Of a stretch of 64,000 nt of DNA, positions 1-9,882 are shown piece after piece. This stretch comes from Prolixibacteraceae bacterium (GTDB taxonomy: Bacteria > Bacteroidota > Bacteroidia > Bacteroidales > Prolixibacteraceae): the NCBI GenBank assembly GCA_963678915.1, contig OY787458.1, positions 4,393,231-4,457,230 on the forward strand, written 5' to 3'. A program made the position numbers and the translations under genes. The notes under the pieces are model-generated. The model did not search any database, was not told the origin of the DNA, and worked only from the letters and a program-made list of their open reading frames with translations. The stretch's first letter is position 1. Every line of letters begins with the position of its first letter.

Positions 1-515
1 CGTGAAGTGCAGGCATATTTCAGTTCATGCTCAAATACGGGCGAATCGGGTAGGGCAGGGCGGTCGGGCCATATTTCGCTGAGCAAATCTCCGGCTTCAC
101 GGAATTCAATTCCGGCGCTGGTGAGACTGTTTTTCATGGCGGCATACTGGTTTACCGATACGCACCATTCGTCGGTTCCAACAGCGGCACCTTTCCCGAG
201 ATTGGCCTTCAGCCATTGATCAGGCTCCGGATGTCCGGGAGTGCGCATTTTAACCAGATCGATGCCGGTGTCCGCAAGCTGCTCTTCGGCCTGCAGAAAA
301 TAGCGCGAGTCAGTCCAAAGTGCGGCTTTGTCGCGGCTTACCACCACCATTCCGGCCGAACCGGTGAATCCGGAGATAAATGACCTGGTTTGCCAGCGCG
401 GTGGAAGGTATTCGCTCATGTGCGGATCGGTTCCGAAAATGACATAGGCGTCGAGCCCAAGTTTTTTCATCTGGCTGCGCAGGCCTGATAATCTGTTTCT
501 AATAATTTCCTTCAC
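1..515 (-). CDS. Aminopeptidase P (Xaa-Pro, M24) family protein, N-terminal part; runs off the window start
   Basis: Manual translation from a GTG at 515, overlapping the NUDIX stop: VKEIIRNRLSGLRSQMKKLGLDAYVIFGTDPHMSEYLPPRWQTRSFISGFTGSAG...LWTDSRYFLQAEEQL. This is the typical creatinase/APP N-domain. Not in the ORF track. Confidence 0.85.
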   Translation of the reverse strand, partial: MKEIIRNRLSGLRSQMKKLGLDAYVIFGTDPHMSEYLPPRWQTRSFISGFTGSAGMVVVSRDKAALWTDSRYFLQAEEQLADTGIDLVKMRTPGHPEPDQWLKANLGKGAAVGTDEWCVSVNQYAAMKNSLTSAGIEFREAGDLLSEIWPDRPALPDSPVFEHELKYACTS

Positions 516-1038
516 GTTGTTTCAGTTCTTTGATGATGTTTTTCATCGAAATGGAGGGTAATTCGTCCATATCGACATCATGCGGTTTATAAAATTCGAA
601 CGACGAAATATCGTCCATGGCTTTCATGTTGGCAAGACTTTCGGTTTTAGCTAAAAACGCGAGGTCGAGCGTAAAAACCGAGAATCCCGAGAAAATATAT
701 TCGTTGGGGTACGAGCAAAAGTACTTCAGCGAGTGAATCTCGATGCCCAGTTCCTCCTGAATTTCGCGCTGGGCGGCTTGTTCTGCTGTTTCCATCGGAT
801 CGATGAACCCTCCCGGCAAATCGAGTTTCCCCTTATGTGGCTCAATGGCCCGCCGCGTGAGTAAAAGTTCACCTTTGTCGTTAAAAAGCAACACCGCCAC
901 AGCTGCTGAAGCATTCACATAGTAGTTGAACGAGCAATCGGCGCACTGAAACGAACGACTGCCTGTTGCGGGGAAGTTTGGCGATCCGCAGCGCGGACAA
1001 AACTTCAGCACATTAACGGGATGAGTGGGAGAGTACAT
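499..1038 (-). CDS. NUDIX hydrolase with N-terminal zinc ribbon
   Basis: CPRCG...CADC zinc ribbon and Nudix box GGFIDPMETAEQAAQREIQEELG. Confidence 0.9.
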   Translation of the reverse strand: MYSPTHPVNVLKFCPRCGSPNFPATGSRSFQCADCSFNYYVNASAAVAVLLFNDKGELLLTRRAIEPHKGKLDLPGGFIDPMETAEQAAQREIQEELGIEIHSLKYFCSYPNEYIFSGFSVFTLDLAFLAKTESLANMKAMDDISSFEFYKPHDVDMDELPSISMKNIIKELKQREGNY

Positions 1039-1051
1039 GAATAAAAATAAA

Positions 1052-1150
1052 AGTGTCTAAAGTTGAAAAAAAGTTCGGAGTGCCTAGAGTGAACTAGAGT
1101 TCGGAGTTGAAAAAAACTTTAGACACTCCGAACTCTAGCTCACTTCGAAC
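1052..1150. repeat. Intergenic nested inverted repeats
   Basis: agtgtctaaagtt (1052-1064) pairs with aactttagacact (1115-1127); agagttcggagt (1096-1107) pairs with actccgaactct (1125-1136). Confidence 0.6.
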
Positions 1151-1155
1151 TGTTT

Positions 1156-2058
1156 TTATTTGGTAATTCCCTGGGCTTTCATCCACTGTGCAAACAGGTT
1201 GGGCCACTGGTCAACGGGCAGGTTCTTTTTGTTCATGCCAAATCCATGACCGCCATCGCGGAAAATGTGCATCTCAGCCGGAATTTTAAATTTCTTGAGG
1301 GCCATATAGAATTCGATGGAGTTGCGGGGAGGAACGCCGCCATCATCATCGGCCAGAATCAGGAAGGTTGGCGGTGTCTGCGCCGTTACATGCAGTTCGT
1401 TCGAGTATTTTTCAACCAGTTCCCATTTGTTTCCGGTACCAATCAGGTTCGTTCTCGATCCCATGTGCCCGAATTCTTCACTGAATGTAATCACAGGGTA
1501 CAACAACAGCATAAAATCGGGACGGCAGCTGTATTTTTCAAGCGGATCGGTCGATTCTGGTTTACCGAGGTCGAATCGGGTTCCGGCAGTTGAGGCTAAA
1601 TGTCCTCCGGCTGACGAACCTGCAATTCCGATTTTCGATGGATTGATTCCCCATTCAGCAGCTTTTTGCCTGACGATGCGTAAGGCGCGTTGTGCATCTT
1701 CCAGCGGAATCTGGTCGTGTCCGTACGGAAGCCTGTATTTCAGCACAATTCCTGCCACGCCTTGTGTAGCGAGCCATTCAGCCAAATCGTAGCCTTCGTG
1801 GTCCATAGCTTCAATCATGTAACCACCGCCGGGACAAATTACCACTGCAGCCCCGGTGTTGATGCCAATTTTGGGCAGATAAACATACATTTCGGCTTCC
1901 GAAACATTACGCACGCGTTTGCCTTCGTAAGTTTCTTCGGGTAAGGTCATCCCGTTACTGTCGGGAGCGCCGTTTGGCCATACTTTCAGTTTAAAATCTT
2001 GTGCCATGGTGTTAAAACTAATGATGACCAATGCTAAAATTCCTAATTTTTTGTACAT
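1156..2058 (-). CDS. Secreted alpha/beta hydrolase (acetylxylan/feruloyl esterase-like)
   Basis: Signal peptide, CPGGGY oxyanion loop, GSSAGG nucleophile motif, GGHGFG catalytic His. Confidence 0.85.
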   Translation of the reverse strand: MYKKLGILALVIISFNTMAQDFKLKVWPNGAPDSNGMTLPEETYEGKRVRNVSEAEMYVYLPKIGINTGAAVVICPGGGYMIEAMDHEGYDLAEWLATQGVAGIVLKYRLPYGHDQIPLEDAQRALRIVRQKAAEWGINPSKIGIAGSSAGGHLASTAGTRFDLGKPESTDPLEKYSCRPDFMLLLYPVITFSEEFGHMGSRTNLIGTGNKWELVEKYSNELHVTAQTPPTFLILADDDGGVPPRNSIEFYMALKKFKIPAEMHIFRDGGHGFGMNKKNLPVDQWPNLFAQWMKAQGITK

Positions 2059-2062
2059 GGTT

Positions 2063-2593
2063 TTACGATTTAGCGCCTACAAAATACTGGTCTTTGTCGG
2101 CAAAAAGGATATTGAATGTGGTTAGTGATCCGTAGATACGGGTTATGTATTGCTGCATGTTGATTTTCTCTTCGTCAGTCAGCACGGTATGGCTGTTGAT
2201 GTTCTGTTCCAGCACGCGAAGACGGTCGCGAAGCATCACTATTTTATGGAAAAATGCTTCAACCGGAATTTCTTTGGGCTTGAGCGAAGCATTTGCCGGT
2301 TGCAAAATCATGTTTCCGCCCATCCATTTGTCGCCAAGCGGAACAACTTCCAGTAAAGTGCCCTGCTGGTCGAGTACATAGCGAAGCACTTTCTCGATTT
2401 CGGCTAAGGTGAGTGAATTACGGGGTTTGTCGGCCGGCGATTCGAGCACGGTCAGGTCGGCATTGCTTTTGGTAATTTCTATTTTACCTCCGCGTTCAAA
2501 AAATATCTCGTACGAAGTGATTTTATTTTTACTGACAATTCCTTCTCCGTATCGCGGGTGATCGACACGGGTTCCAACTGCAAGTTCTTCCAT
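2063..2593 (-). CDS. Conserved hypothetical protein (Bacteroidetes)
   Basis: 176-aa ORF in the minus-strand operon; N-terminal SH3-like GTRVDHPRYGEG segment. Confidence 0.7.
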   Translation of the reverse strand: MEELAVGTRVDHPRYGEGIVSKNKITSYEIFFERGGKIEITKSNADLTVLESPADKPRNSLTLAEIEKVLRYVLDQQGTLLEVVPLGDKWMGGNMILQPANASLKPKEIPVEAFFHKIVMLRDRLRVLEQNINSHTVLTDEEKINMQQYITRIYGSLTTFNILFADKDQYFVGAKS

Positions 2594-2726
2594 TTTGAGT
2601 AGTTTTTTAGGTTTGTAACGGATTCTAAAAGTACAAATTTATGCTGAACGGGTTTGTCAGATGTTAAAAATTTGTAAGCTTGACCGGTGGTTATTGAGAA
2701 CTGCCAAATTCGGTTATTTTTGCAAT

Positions 2727-3368
2727 ATGTTTTTGACGTTGATTGTAAAAGGGATATTTATTGGATTGCTGGTTTCCATTCCGCTGGGACCAATTGGCGT
2801 GTTAGTCATCCAGCGAACGGTGAATAAGAATCGCATTGCCGGGTTTTTATCGGGCATGGGTGCCGCCTTGTCTGATACACTTTATGCCATCGTTGCCGGA
2901 TTTAGCCTGACATTCATTATTGACTTCATCCGCGTGCACGAAGTTTTCTTTCAGTCGGTTGGTGCTGTGGTGGTTTTGGCCCTCGGAATCAGTATATTTT
3001 TCAAAAATCCGGTAACCGATTTACGCCGAAACCGGCTGCGTGGCAATACTCACTTTCAGGACATTGTTTCAAGCTTCCTGGTAACCATTTCCAATCCGCT
3101 GACTGTATTTGTTTTTCTGGCTGTGTTTACCAGTTCGGGTGTGGCAGTTAATCTTGAAAAGCCTTACCATTCCTTGTTCGTCATTCCCGGTATATTTCTG
3201 GGGGCATCACTCTGGTGGTTTTCACTGTCGGGAATTGTTAGCCTGTTCCGCCACAAAATCAATCTGCGTGTGCTTTGGTGGATCAATAAAACAGCTGGTA
3301 CTGTGATTATTCTTTTCGTAATTGTAACTGTGATTATTGCAGTTCATAAAGGGATGGTTGGTGCCTGA
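2727..3368 (+). CDS. LysE family translocator
   Basis: SIPLGPIG motif and multiple TM helices; start moved to ATG 2727, downstream of a TATTTTTG -7 element. Confidence 0.85.
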   Translation: MFLTLIVKGIFIGLLVSIPLGPIGVLVIQRTVNKNRIAGFLSGMGAALSDTLYAIVAGFSLTFIIDFIRVHEVFFQSVGAVVVLALGISIFFKNPVTDLRRNRLRGNTHFQDIVSSFLVTISNPLTVFVFLAVFTSSGVAVNLEKPYHSLFVIPGIFLGASLWWFSLSGIVSLFRHKINLRVLWWINKTAGTVIILFVIVTVIIAVHKGMVGA

Positions 3369-3453
3369 TTATCTGCTGAACTCAAATCAATACTATCCCG
3401 TTTATTTCTGATTGTTTCCTGACGGTCTTAGCTTCGATATACCAATTGTTTGG

Positions 3454-3867
3454 CTACGACTCATTAAAAATACGGCTTAACTTGTCGGTAAAGAACTTTG
3501 GCGCGGCGCAGGGTTTGTTTGTTTTTGCGTTGAAAAATACCAAAACCACTTCGCCTGAATTTATCAGTTCTCCTTTTTCGTTGTAAATCTCGGTTTTGAT
3601 CGGAAATTTTACTTTAGGCAGGGTGTCAACAATTGTTCTTACAGTCAGCAAATCGTCGTAGTAAGCCGATTTCAGGTAATTAATTTTCAGGCTTCGGGCC
3701 GGAAGCATTATGTCCATTTCTTCCATTTGCCGGTAAGTAAAACCAAGTTCCCGAATCATTTCGGTGCGCCCAATCTCGTAATAACGGGCGTAGTTACCGT
3801 AATAAACCACGCCCATCTGGTCGGTATCTTCGTAATAAACCCTGATTTTAGTTTCGGAAATAATCAT
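3454..3867 (-). CDS. Acyl-CoA thioesterase (YbgC/4HBT family)
   Basis: RVYYEDTDQMGVVYYGNY motif. Confidence 0.9.
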   Translation of the reverse strand: MIISETKIRVYYEDTDQMGVVYYGNYARYYEIGRTEMIRELGFTYRQMEEMDIMLPARSLKINYLKSAYYDDLLTVRTIVDTLPKVKFPIKTEIYNEKGELINSGEVVLVFFNAKTNKPCAAPKFFTDKLSRIFNES

Positions 3868-3888
3868 TATTCAGTTGGTTCTGGTCGG

Positions 3889-4692
3889 CTATTTAAATGG
3901 AGAATTTGGCTCTTTGGCCATGTGGCTGTATGTGAGCTTATCGAGCAGCGAAGGGAAGAATTTTCCCAGAAAAACTGTCAGTTTCCCTTCCACGAAAGTG
4001 AGAATCAATTCACGTTTGCGCTTTTCAACGGCTTTTACAATGTGGCGGGCGCATTCTTCAGCCGACATCATTTTATCTTCGTTTCGAGGCGTTTCTCCCT
4101 GCTGCGATCCATCGTTGGTTAATGCAACTTTACGCACTTCGGAAGCTGTAAAGCCCGGTGCTGCAACCAACACATGCAAGCCTTTTTTCAAATTCTCGAT
4201 CCGGACGGTATCTAAAAATCCGCGAATGGCAAACTTCGACGCCGAATAGCCTGTCCGTCCCGGAAGACCGACATATCCGGCGATTGAGATTACTCCCACC
4301 AGACTTCCTTTGGTTTTTAACAGGTAGGGAAGGGCGTATTTGCTGCAATAAACGGTGCCGTAAAAGTTCACATCCATGAGTTGCCGTATCACATTCATGT
4401 CAACGTCTTCAAAAAGGGCACGCATCGAAATTCCGGCATTGTTTATCAGCACATCAATGCATCCGTAATGTTTAATGGTTTCTTCAATCAGGGCTTTGCA
4501 ATCGGCTTCCTGGCTTACATCTGTTTGTGTAATCAAAATTTCAGTTCCTGTAAGTTCCTGTTTTAACTCTTCCAGAAGTTCGGTTCGGCGTGCTCCCAGC
4601 GAAAGTTTAGCCCCTTTTGCTGCAAATTCTTTAGCCAGCGCCCTTCCTATACCCGACGATGCGCCGGTAATGATTACGACTTTATTTTTCAC
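3889..4692 (-). CDS. Short-chain dehydrogenase/reductase
   Basis: TGASSGIG, NNAG and YSASK motifs. Confidence 0.92.
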   Translation of the reverse strand: MKNKVVIITGASSGIGRALAKEFAAKGAKLSLGARRTELLEELKQELTGTEILITQTDVSQEADCKALIEETIKHYGCIDVLINNAGISMRALFEDVDMNVIRQLMDVNFYGTVYCSKYALPYLLKTKGSLVGVISIAGYVGLPGRTGYSASKFAIRGFLDTVRIENLKKGLHVLVAAPGFTASEVRKVALTNDGSQQGETPRNEDKMMSAEECARHIVKAVEKRKRELILTFVEGKLTVFLGKFFPSLLDKLTYSHMAKEPNSPFK

Positions 4693-4814
4693 GTTGTGTT
4701 TTTGTATGAATTGGTTAGCAAAATTAGCTTAATTTTTGCAGGCAGAATAAGAGAAAACTAACAATTGGTTGTTTATAAAATATTGCTTAAATTCACGATA
4801 AATTGTCCGATTGG

Positions 4815-4845
4815 TTTGTATAAACAAAAATAGCTTTTACCTTTG
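4815..4845 (+). promoter_or_regulatory. Canonical Bacteroidetes sigma70 promoter for the tRNA
   Basis: TTTG (4815-4818), 19-nt spacer, TACCTTTG (4838-4845), matching the -33/-7 consensus. Confidence 0.7.
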
Positions 4846-4879
4846 CAACCGCTTTTGAAAAACAAAAGCAGATAAGGAT

Positions 4880-4952
4880 GACTCAGTAGCTCAGTTGGTA
4901 GAGCACATCCCTTTTAAGGATGGGGTCCTGGGTTCGAATCCCAGCTGGGTCA
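4880..4952 (+). tRNA. trnK: tRNA-Lys (anticodon UUU)
   Basis: Cloverleaf: acceptor gactcag/ctgggtc, D arm gctcagttggtagagc, anticodon stem catcc/ggatg with loop ct-TTT-aa, T loop ggttcgaatcc. Confidence 0.95.
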
Positions 4953-4976
4953 CGAATTTTGATATCAAAATGAACT

Positions 4977-5013
4977 AAAAGCACTTAAATTCAATGATTT
5001 AAGTGCTTTTTTT
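4977..5013 (+). terminator. Intrinsic terminator-like hairpin after the tRNA
   Basis: aaaagcacttaaat-tcaatg-atttaagtgctttt followed by a T run. Confidence 0.7.
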
Positions 5014-5066
5014 ATTGGCACAAAAACCAAATTAAAGCATCTAATATCAAAATAAAAGGGACTATA

Positions 5067-5214
5067 GCGAGACCTATTTCAAAAAATCGACAATAGGTCT
5101 CGCTAAATGATGTAACTCTCTGCATTTCAATTCAATTTGATTCAATTTGACTCGATTTGATGCTTGCAAAATAGCTTCAATCGGGGTATATTTAAAATTG
5201 AATCGAGACCTATT
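5067..5214. repeat. Repeated sites upstream of the integrase (putative arm-type/regulatory sites)
   Basis: gcgagacctatt (5067-5078) inverted to aataggtctcgc (5092-5103); third copy cgagacctatt (5204-5214); three tandem 10-mers ttcaatttga/ttcaatttga/ctcgatttga (5131-5160). Confidence 0.55.
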
Positions 5215-5239
5215 TTTTAACTATTAAATTGAAAAAAAG

Positions 5240-6466
5240 ATGAGAATTGCAGTTTGTTTTCAGTTAAAAAAGTCCAAAATGAGGACTGGTGGAGAGTGCC
5301 CTTTGTATGTTAGGTGTACACTGCATGGTCAACGATTTGAAGTTGCTACGGGTTTTGCATTTGTAACCGATGATTGGAATGAAACCAAACAATTGGTTAA
5401 GGGCAGAACAGAAGAAGTCAAAATTATCAACAACAGGTTGGATAAAATCCGAACACGGATTCAGGATATTTATAACCAGTTGGAATCTCTTGGCGAGTCA
5501 TTTGACGTTATAACCATCAAAGAAAAGTTTCTTGGCAACCGCAAAGAGAAGGGATTGATCGAGGTTTTCGACTTGGTTGTAAAGGATGTCGAAGCTAAAG
5601 TTGGAAAAGACTATTCAACCGGAACATTAAAGCACTATAAAACTTCGAAAAAGCGGCTTCAGGAATTCTTGAAGAGTAAAATCAAAAGCGATGATATTGC
5701 CCTTTCAAAGGTTGATTTTGGTTTCTTGACCGCCTTTGATTTGTATTTGAAAACGGATAAGAAAGTAATGCCCAACACTGCTTTGACTTACCACAAACAT
5801 CTGAAAAAGGTTTACAATATTGCGATTTCGTTGGGACTGGTGCCAAAATGTCCATACGACTCATTTAAACCAACAAGGAATAAAACAAACCGCGAATTTC
5901 TGACTTTGGCAGAACTGGAAGAAATCCGAAATAAACGAATTTCCATTCCCCGAATGGATCTGGTGCGTGATATATTTGTGTTTGCCGGTTACACTGGATT
6001 ATCATTTTGTGAATTGGAAAAGATTAATCAAACCCATATTCAGAAAGGTATTGATGGAAAAGATTGGATATTTATTTATAGGAATAAGACTGAAACAAGA
6101 TGCGCAATTCCATTATTACCCGCTGCATCCGCCGTTCTGAAGAAGTATGAAAATCATCCTGAAGTGTTATCAAAAAATAGTTTGTTACCAATCTATGCCA
6201 ATCAAACGATGAACAGCTATTTGAAAGAATTAGCTGATATTTGTGGAATTCAGAAAAAGCTATCCATGCACGTTGCTCGCCATACGTTTGCTACCTCGGT
6301 TACATTGACAAATGGTGTACCTATAGAAACGGTTTCTAAGATGCTGGGCCATACCTCATTAAAAACCACTCAAATCTATGCGAGGATCGTTGATTCTAAA
6401 ATATCCAGCGAAATGGATCAGTTACAGAAGAAACTTGAGAATGATAGCTTAAGGGTTGCCATTTAA
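5240..6466 (+). CDS. int: Site-specific tyrosine integrase (Bacteroidetes arm-binding + SAM-like + catalytic domains)
   Basis: CPLYVRCT N-terminus, GYTGLS, HVARHTFAT, LGH and TTQIYAR catalytic motifs; directly downstream of a tRNA. Confidence 0.92.
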   Translation: MRIAVCFQLKKSKMRTGGECPLYVRCTLHGQRFEVATGFAFVTDDWNETKQLVKGRTEEVKIINNRLDKIRTRIQDIYNQLESLGESFDVITIKEKFLGNRKEKGLIEVFDLVVKDVEAKVGKDYSTGTLKHYKTSKKRLQEFLKSKIKSDDIALSKVDFGFLTAFDLYLKTDKKVMPNTALTYHKHLKKVYNIAISLGLVPKCPYDSFKPTRNKTNREFLTLAELEEIRNKRISIPRMDLVRDIFVFAGYTGLSFCELEKINQTHIQKGIDGKDWIFIYRNKTETRCAIPLLPAASAVLKKYENHPEVLSKNSLLPIYANQTMNSYLKELADICGIQKKLSMHVARHTFATSVTLTNGVPIETVSKMLGHTSLKTTQIYARIVDSKISSEMDQLQKKLENDSLRVAI

Positions 6467-6684
6467 TGAGTTTGAAGTTCGGAAATCTCAATAAATTTTA
6501 AGCAAACATTTGAGAGTTGATAATGAGAAGTTCTGCGGAGAATTTAGTACTGTTGAAACTTTGGTGGAAAAACATTTTTAACAATAATGAAAAAATTACA
6601 TAGTTTCCCTAACTTGCAAGGTCAATTGCATCTTTTGACCAAATTGCCGATAAAGGCAGGAGTATTCAAATAAATTATTAAACA

Positions 6685-8235
6685 ATGGCTAAAAAGAACG
6701 GGAACGGGACTGAGGAACCGTTGGAAAAACAATTGTGGAAAGCGGCAGATAAGCTTCGGAAAAACATTGATGCTGCCGAATATAAACACGTTGTTTTAGG
6801 ATTAATCTTTTTGAAATATATCTCCGACTCATTTGAAGAGTTATACGCTAAGCTTAAAGCTGAGGAAGCACAGGGAGCCGATCCCGAGGACCGCGATGAA
6901 TACAAGGCAGAAAACGTATTTTTTGTACCTCAGGAAGCACGCTGGACTTACCTACTGTCGAAAGCTAAACAGCCAGAAATAGGAACGTTCGTGGATGATG
7001 CAATGGATGCTATCGAAAAAGAAAATTCTTCGCTAAAAGGTGTTTTGCCCAAAGTTTTTGCCCGACAGAATCTTGACCCAACTAGTTTGGGCGAGTTAAT
7101 CGACTTGATCGGTAACATTGCATTAGGTGATGCTAAAGCCCGGAGCGCCGATGTGCTCGGGCATGTGTTCGAATATTTCCTTGGGGAGTTTGCATTGGCT
7201 GAAGGTAAGCAGGGCGGACAATTCTATACGCCACGCAGTATTGTTGAGTTGCTTGTCAGAATGCTTGAACCATACAAAGGTCGCGTGTTCGATCCTTGTT
7301 GTGGATCGGGTGGTATGTTTGTACAATCCGAAAAATTAGTGCTCGAACATCAGGGACGGGTAAATGACATTTCAATTTATGGGCAAGAAAGTAATCAGAC
7401 GACCTGGCGACTATGCAAAATGAACCTTGCCATCAGGGGAATCGACAGTTCGCAAGTAAAATGGAATAACGAAGGCTCCTTTTTGAACGATGCCCACAAA
7501 GACTTAAAAGCCGATTTTATTATAGCCAATCCGCCCTTTAATGTAAGTGACTGGAGCGGTGATTTAATGCGAAATGACGGACGCTGGCAGTACGGGGTTC
7601 CACCAAGTGGCAATGCCAATTATGCCTGGATTCAACATTTTCTGTATCATTTGAAGCCGGGAGGACTTGCAGGTTTTGTTTTGGCCAAAGGTTCGCTGAC
7701 TTCTAAAACTTCAGGAGAAGGAGAAATTCGAAAATCATTAATTGAGGCTGGCTTAGTGGAATGTATTGTGAATTTACCCGCTAAATTATTTCTGAATACA
7801 CAAATACCGGCGTCATTGTGGTTTATGAGACGTCCGGTAAGCAATGGTAAAGAAACTTCGCATGATATATTATTCATTGATGCCCGTAATCTTGGTTTTT
7901 TGATTAACCGTCGGACCCGGGAATTATCGCCTGAAGATATTGATCAGATTGCTAACACCTACCATAAATGGCGAGGTTTAACACATGCTGACAATGAAAA
8001 ATATGAAGATATTCCGGGATTTTGCGCTTCTGCAACCATTGACCGAGTTCGTGAATTGGATTATGTGCTCACCCCTGGACGCTATGTGGGTTTACCCGAT
8101 GATGAAGATGACTTTAATTTTAATGAAAGGTTTACCGCTCTAAAGGCTGAACTGGAAGAACAGCTTAATGAGGAAGTGATATTGAACCAGAGAATAATGG
8201 ATAATCTTAAGAAAATCAGAATAGAAGAAAAATAA
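6685..8235 (+). CDS. hsdM: Type I restriction-modification methyltransferase subunit M
   Basis: [10 protein letters not shown]-domain, [15 protein letters not shown] (motif I), ANPPFN (motif IV). Confidence 0.95.
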   Translation: MAKKNGNGTEEPLEKQLWKAADKLRKNIDAAEYKHVVLGLIFLKYISDSFEELYAKLKAEEAQGADPEDRDEYKAENVFFVPQEARWTYLLSKAKQPEIGTFVDDAMDAIEKENSSLKGVLPKVFARQNLDPTSLGELIDLIGNIALGDAKARSADVLGHVFEYFLGEFALAEGKQGGQFYTPRSIVELLVRMLEPYKGRVFDPCCGSGGMFVQSEKLVLEHQGRVNDISIYGQESNQTTWRLCKMNLAIRGIDSSQVKWNNEGSFLNDAHKDLKADFIIANPPFNVSDWSGDLMRNDGRWQYGVPPSGNANYAWIQHFLYHLKPGGLAGFVLAKGSLTSKTSGEGEIRKSLIEAGLVECIVNLPAKLFLNTQIPASLWFMRRPVSNGKETSHDILFIDARNLGFLINRRTRELSPEDIDQIANTYHKWRGLTHADNEKYEDIPGFCASATIDRVRELDYVLTPGRYVGLPDDEDDFNFNERFTALKAELEEQLNEEVILNQRIMDNLKKIRIEEK

Positions 8236-8245
8236 ATTAAAATTT

Positions 8246-8278
8246 TATTAACTTTTTTCGTTAATATATTTATATTTG
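8246..8278 (+). promoter_or_regulatory. Putative internal higBA promoter with palindromic operator
   Basis: tattaac-N7-gttaata inverted repeat (8246-8266) and TATATTTG -7 element (8271-8278) just before the higB GTG. Confidence 0.45.
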
Positions 8279-8280
8279 CA

Positions 8281-8613
8281 GTGAAAATATCCTATAAATC
8301 AAATAAATTAGAAAGGAGTTTAACCGAGGCAAAAGAAATGCAGAAGGCATTTGGTACAATGGCAAAAAAGGTAAACCAACGAATGAAAGAGCTTTCGGCA
8401 TCGGCAAATATTGAAGTGCTGAAAACAATACCTGCTGCCAATTGCCACGAATTAAAAGGAGATAAAAAAGGACAGTTTGCTGTTGATATTTCAGCAAATT
8501 TCCGGTTAATATTTGTTCCCGACCACGATCCTCTTCCAGTTAAAGATGACAACAGTATTGACTGTATTAGAATAACCGACATCCAAATTACAAGAACCGA
8601 AGATTATCATTAA
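8281..8613 (+). CDS. higB: HigB-like (RelE/ParE superfamily) toxin
   Basis: 110 aa; CHELKGDKKGQFAVDISANFRLIF segment and C-terminal DYH typical of HigB; toxin precedes antitoxin. Confidence 0.8.
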   Translation: MKISYKSNKLERSLTEAKEMQKAFGTMAKKVNQRMKELSASANIEVLKTIPAANCHELKGDKKGQFAVDISANFRLIFVPDHDPLPVKDDNSIDCIRITDIQITRTEDYH

Positions 8614-8662
8614 ACTATACAGTCAGAGCCTGAACTAAACCGAAATCAAATCACTACAAAAC

Positions 8663-9754
8663 ATGAACTCCGACTTAAAACTGCAAAAGGAATTACTTTC
8701 TCCTCCAGGCGACACTATTCAGGAAACCATTGATGCTATTGGAATGTCGCAGGCCGAGTTAGCCGAACGAATGGGCAGGCCAAAGGAAAAACTAAACGAT
8801 ATTATTAAAGGGAGAGAACCTATTACTTTAAAAACAGCGATTTTGCTTGATCGCGTTTTGGGCATTCCCGCCAATTTCTGGATTGAACGTGAAAGAGAAT
8901 ACCGTCTGGAATTGTCGAAGATTGAACAGCAAGAATTTCTGGAACAAGGAATCGACTGGTTGAAAATGTTTCCGGTTCCGGCATTGAAAAAATTAGGATG
9001 GTTGCCCGATTCGAAAAATGTAACCGAGTTGGTTGATTCATTGCTTCGATTCTTTGGCATTGCCTCTCCACGCCAATGGGAAGAAATATATTTAGAAGAA
9101 GCTGTGGCCGCGGCCTTTAAAATATCATTAGCCAATACTCAAAGTCCACATGCCATCTCGGCCTGGATACGCATTGGAGAGCACAGATCGGCAACACAGA
9201 AACTCCCGGAATTTGATAGAGCAGCATTTGTAAGTGCGCTCGATGAAATAATGGTTTTGGTTATTAACCAACCTGATGATTTTAAAGAAAGGTTGCAGCA
9301 GATTTGTGCTAAATGCGGTGTTGCAGTAATTTATACACCTTGTCTGCCTAAAGCACCAATAAGCGGTGCAACCTGGTGGAAAGGCAAAAATCCAATCATT
9401 CAACTTAGCGGACGATACAAAACCAACGATAGCTTTTGGTTTGCGTTTTTTCACGAAGCTGCGCACATATTAAAACACGGCAAAAAGGAAATATTTCTGG
9501 AAGATTTACAGGGAAGTCCTATGGATGAAGCAAAAGAAGAAGAAGCCAATCAATTTGCCCAGAAATATTTGTTTCCGAAAGTCGCTTTTGATGGGTTAAC
9601 TGAGATATTTGATATTTCAGATGAAGACATTTTGGCTTATGCCAGACATTATAAAACTCACCCGGCCATCATTGTTGGGCAGTTACAACACTCCGGCATT
9701 ATTGGCTATCATGAAGGAAATCACTTTAAAGTTACCATAGACCTTTTTGACTAA
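8663..9754 (+). CDS. higA: HigA antitoxin (XRE HTH) fused to an ImmA/IrrE-type metallopeptidase
   Basis: PPGDTI...MSQAELAERMGRP HTH; FWFAFFHEAAH HExxH followed by EEEANQFA. Confidence 0.85.
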   Translation: MNSDLKLQKELLSPPGDTIQETIDAIGMSQAELAERMGRPKEKLNDIIKGREPITLKTAILLDRVLGIPANFWIEREREYRLELSKIEQQEFLEQGIDWLKMFPVPALKKLGWLPDSKNVTELVDSLLRFFGIASPRQWEEIYLEEAVAAAFKISLANTQSPHAISAWIRIGEHRSATQKLPEFDRAAFVSALDEIMVLVINQPDDFKERLQQICAKCGVAVIYTPCLPKAPISGATWWKGKNPIIQLSGRYKTNDSFWFAFFHEAAHILKHGKKEIFLEDLQGSPMDEAKEEEANQFAQKYLFPKVAFDGLTEIFDISDEDILAYARHYKTHPAIIVGQLQHSGIIGYHEGNHFKVTIDLFD

Positions 9755-9882
9755 ACGGCATCCCTTTCAGCTTTTTTAACCTAGGCTTACTTCCAAGTGG
9801 AACAAGTTCCTGACCCAATAAAATCGTTCTACCAACAACTAAATCAAAGTACTAAAGATAAAACTGACTGAAAAAGACAACC

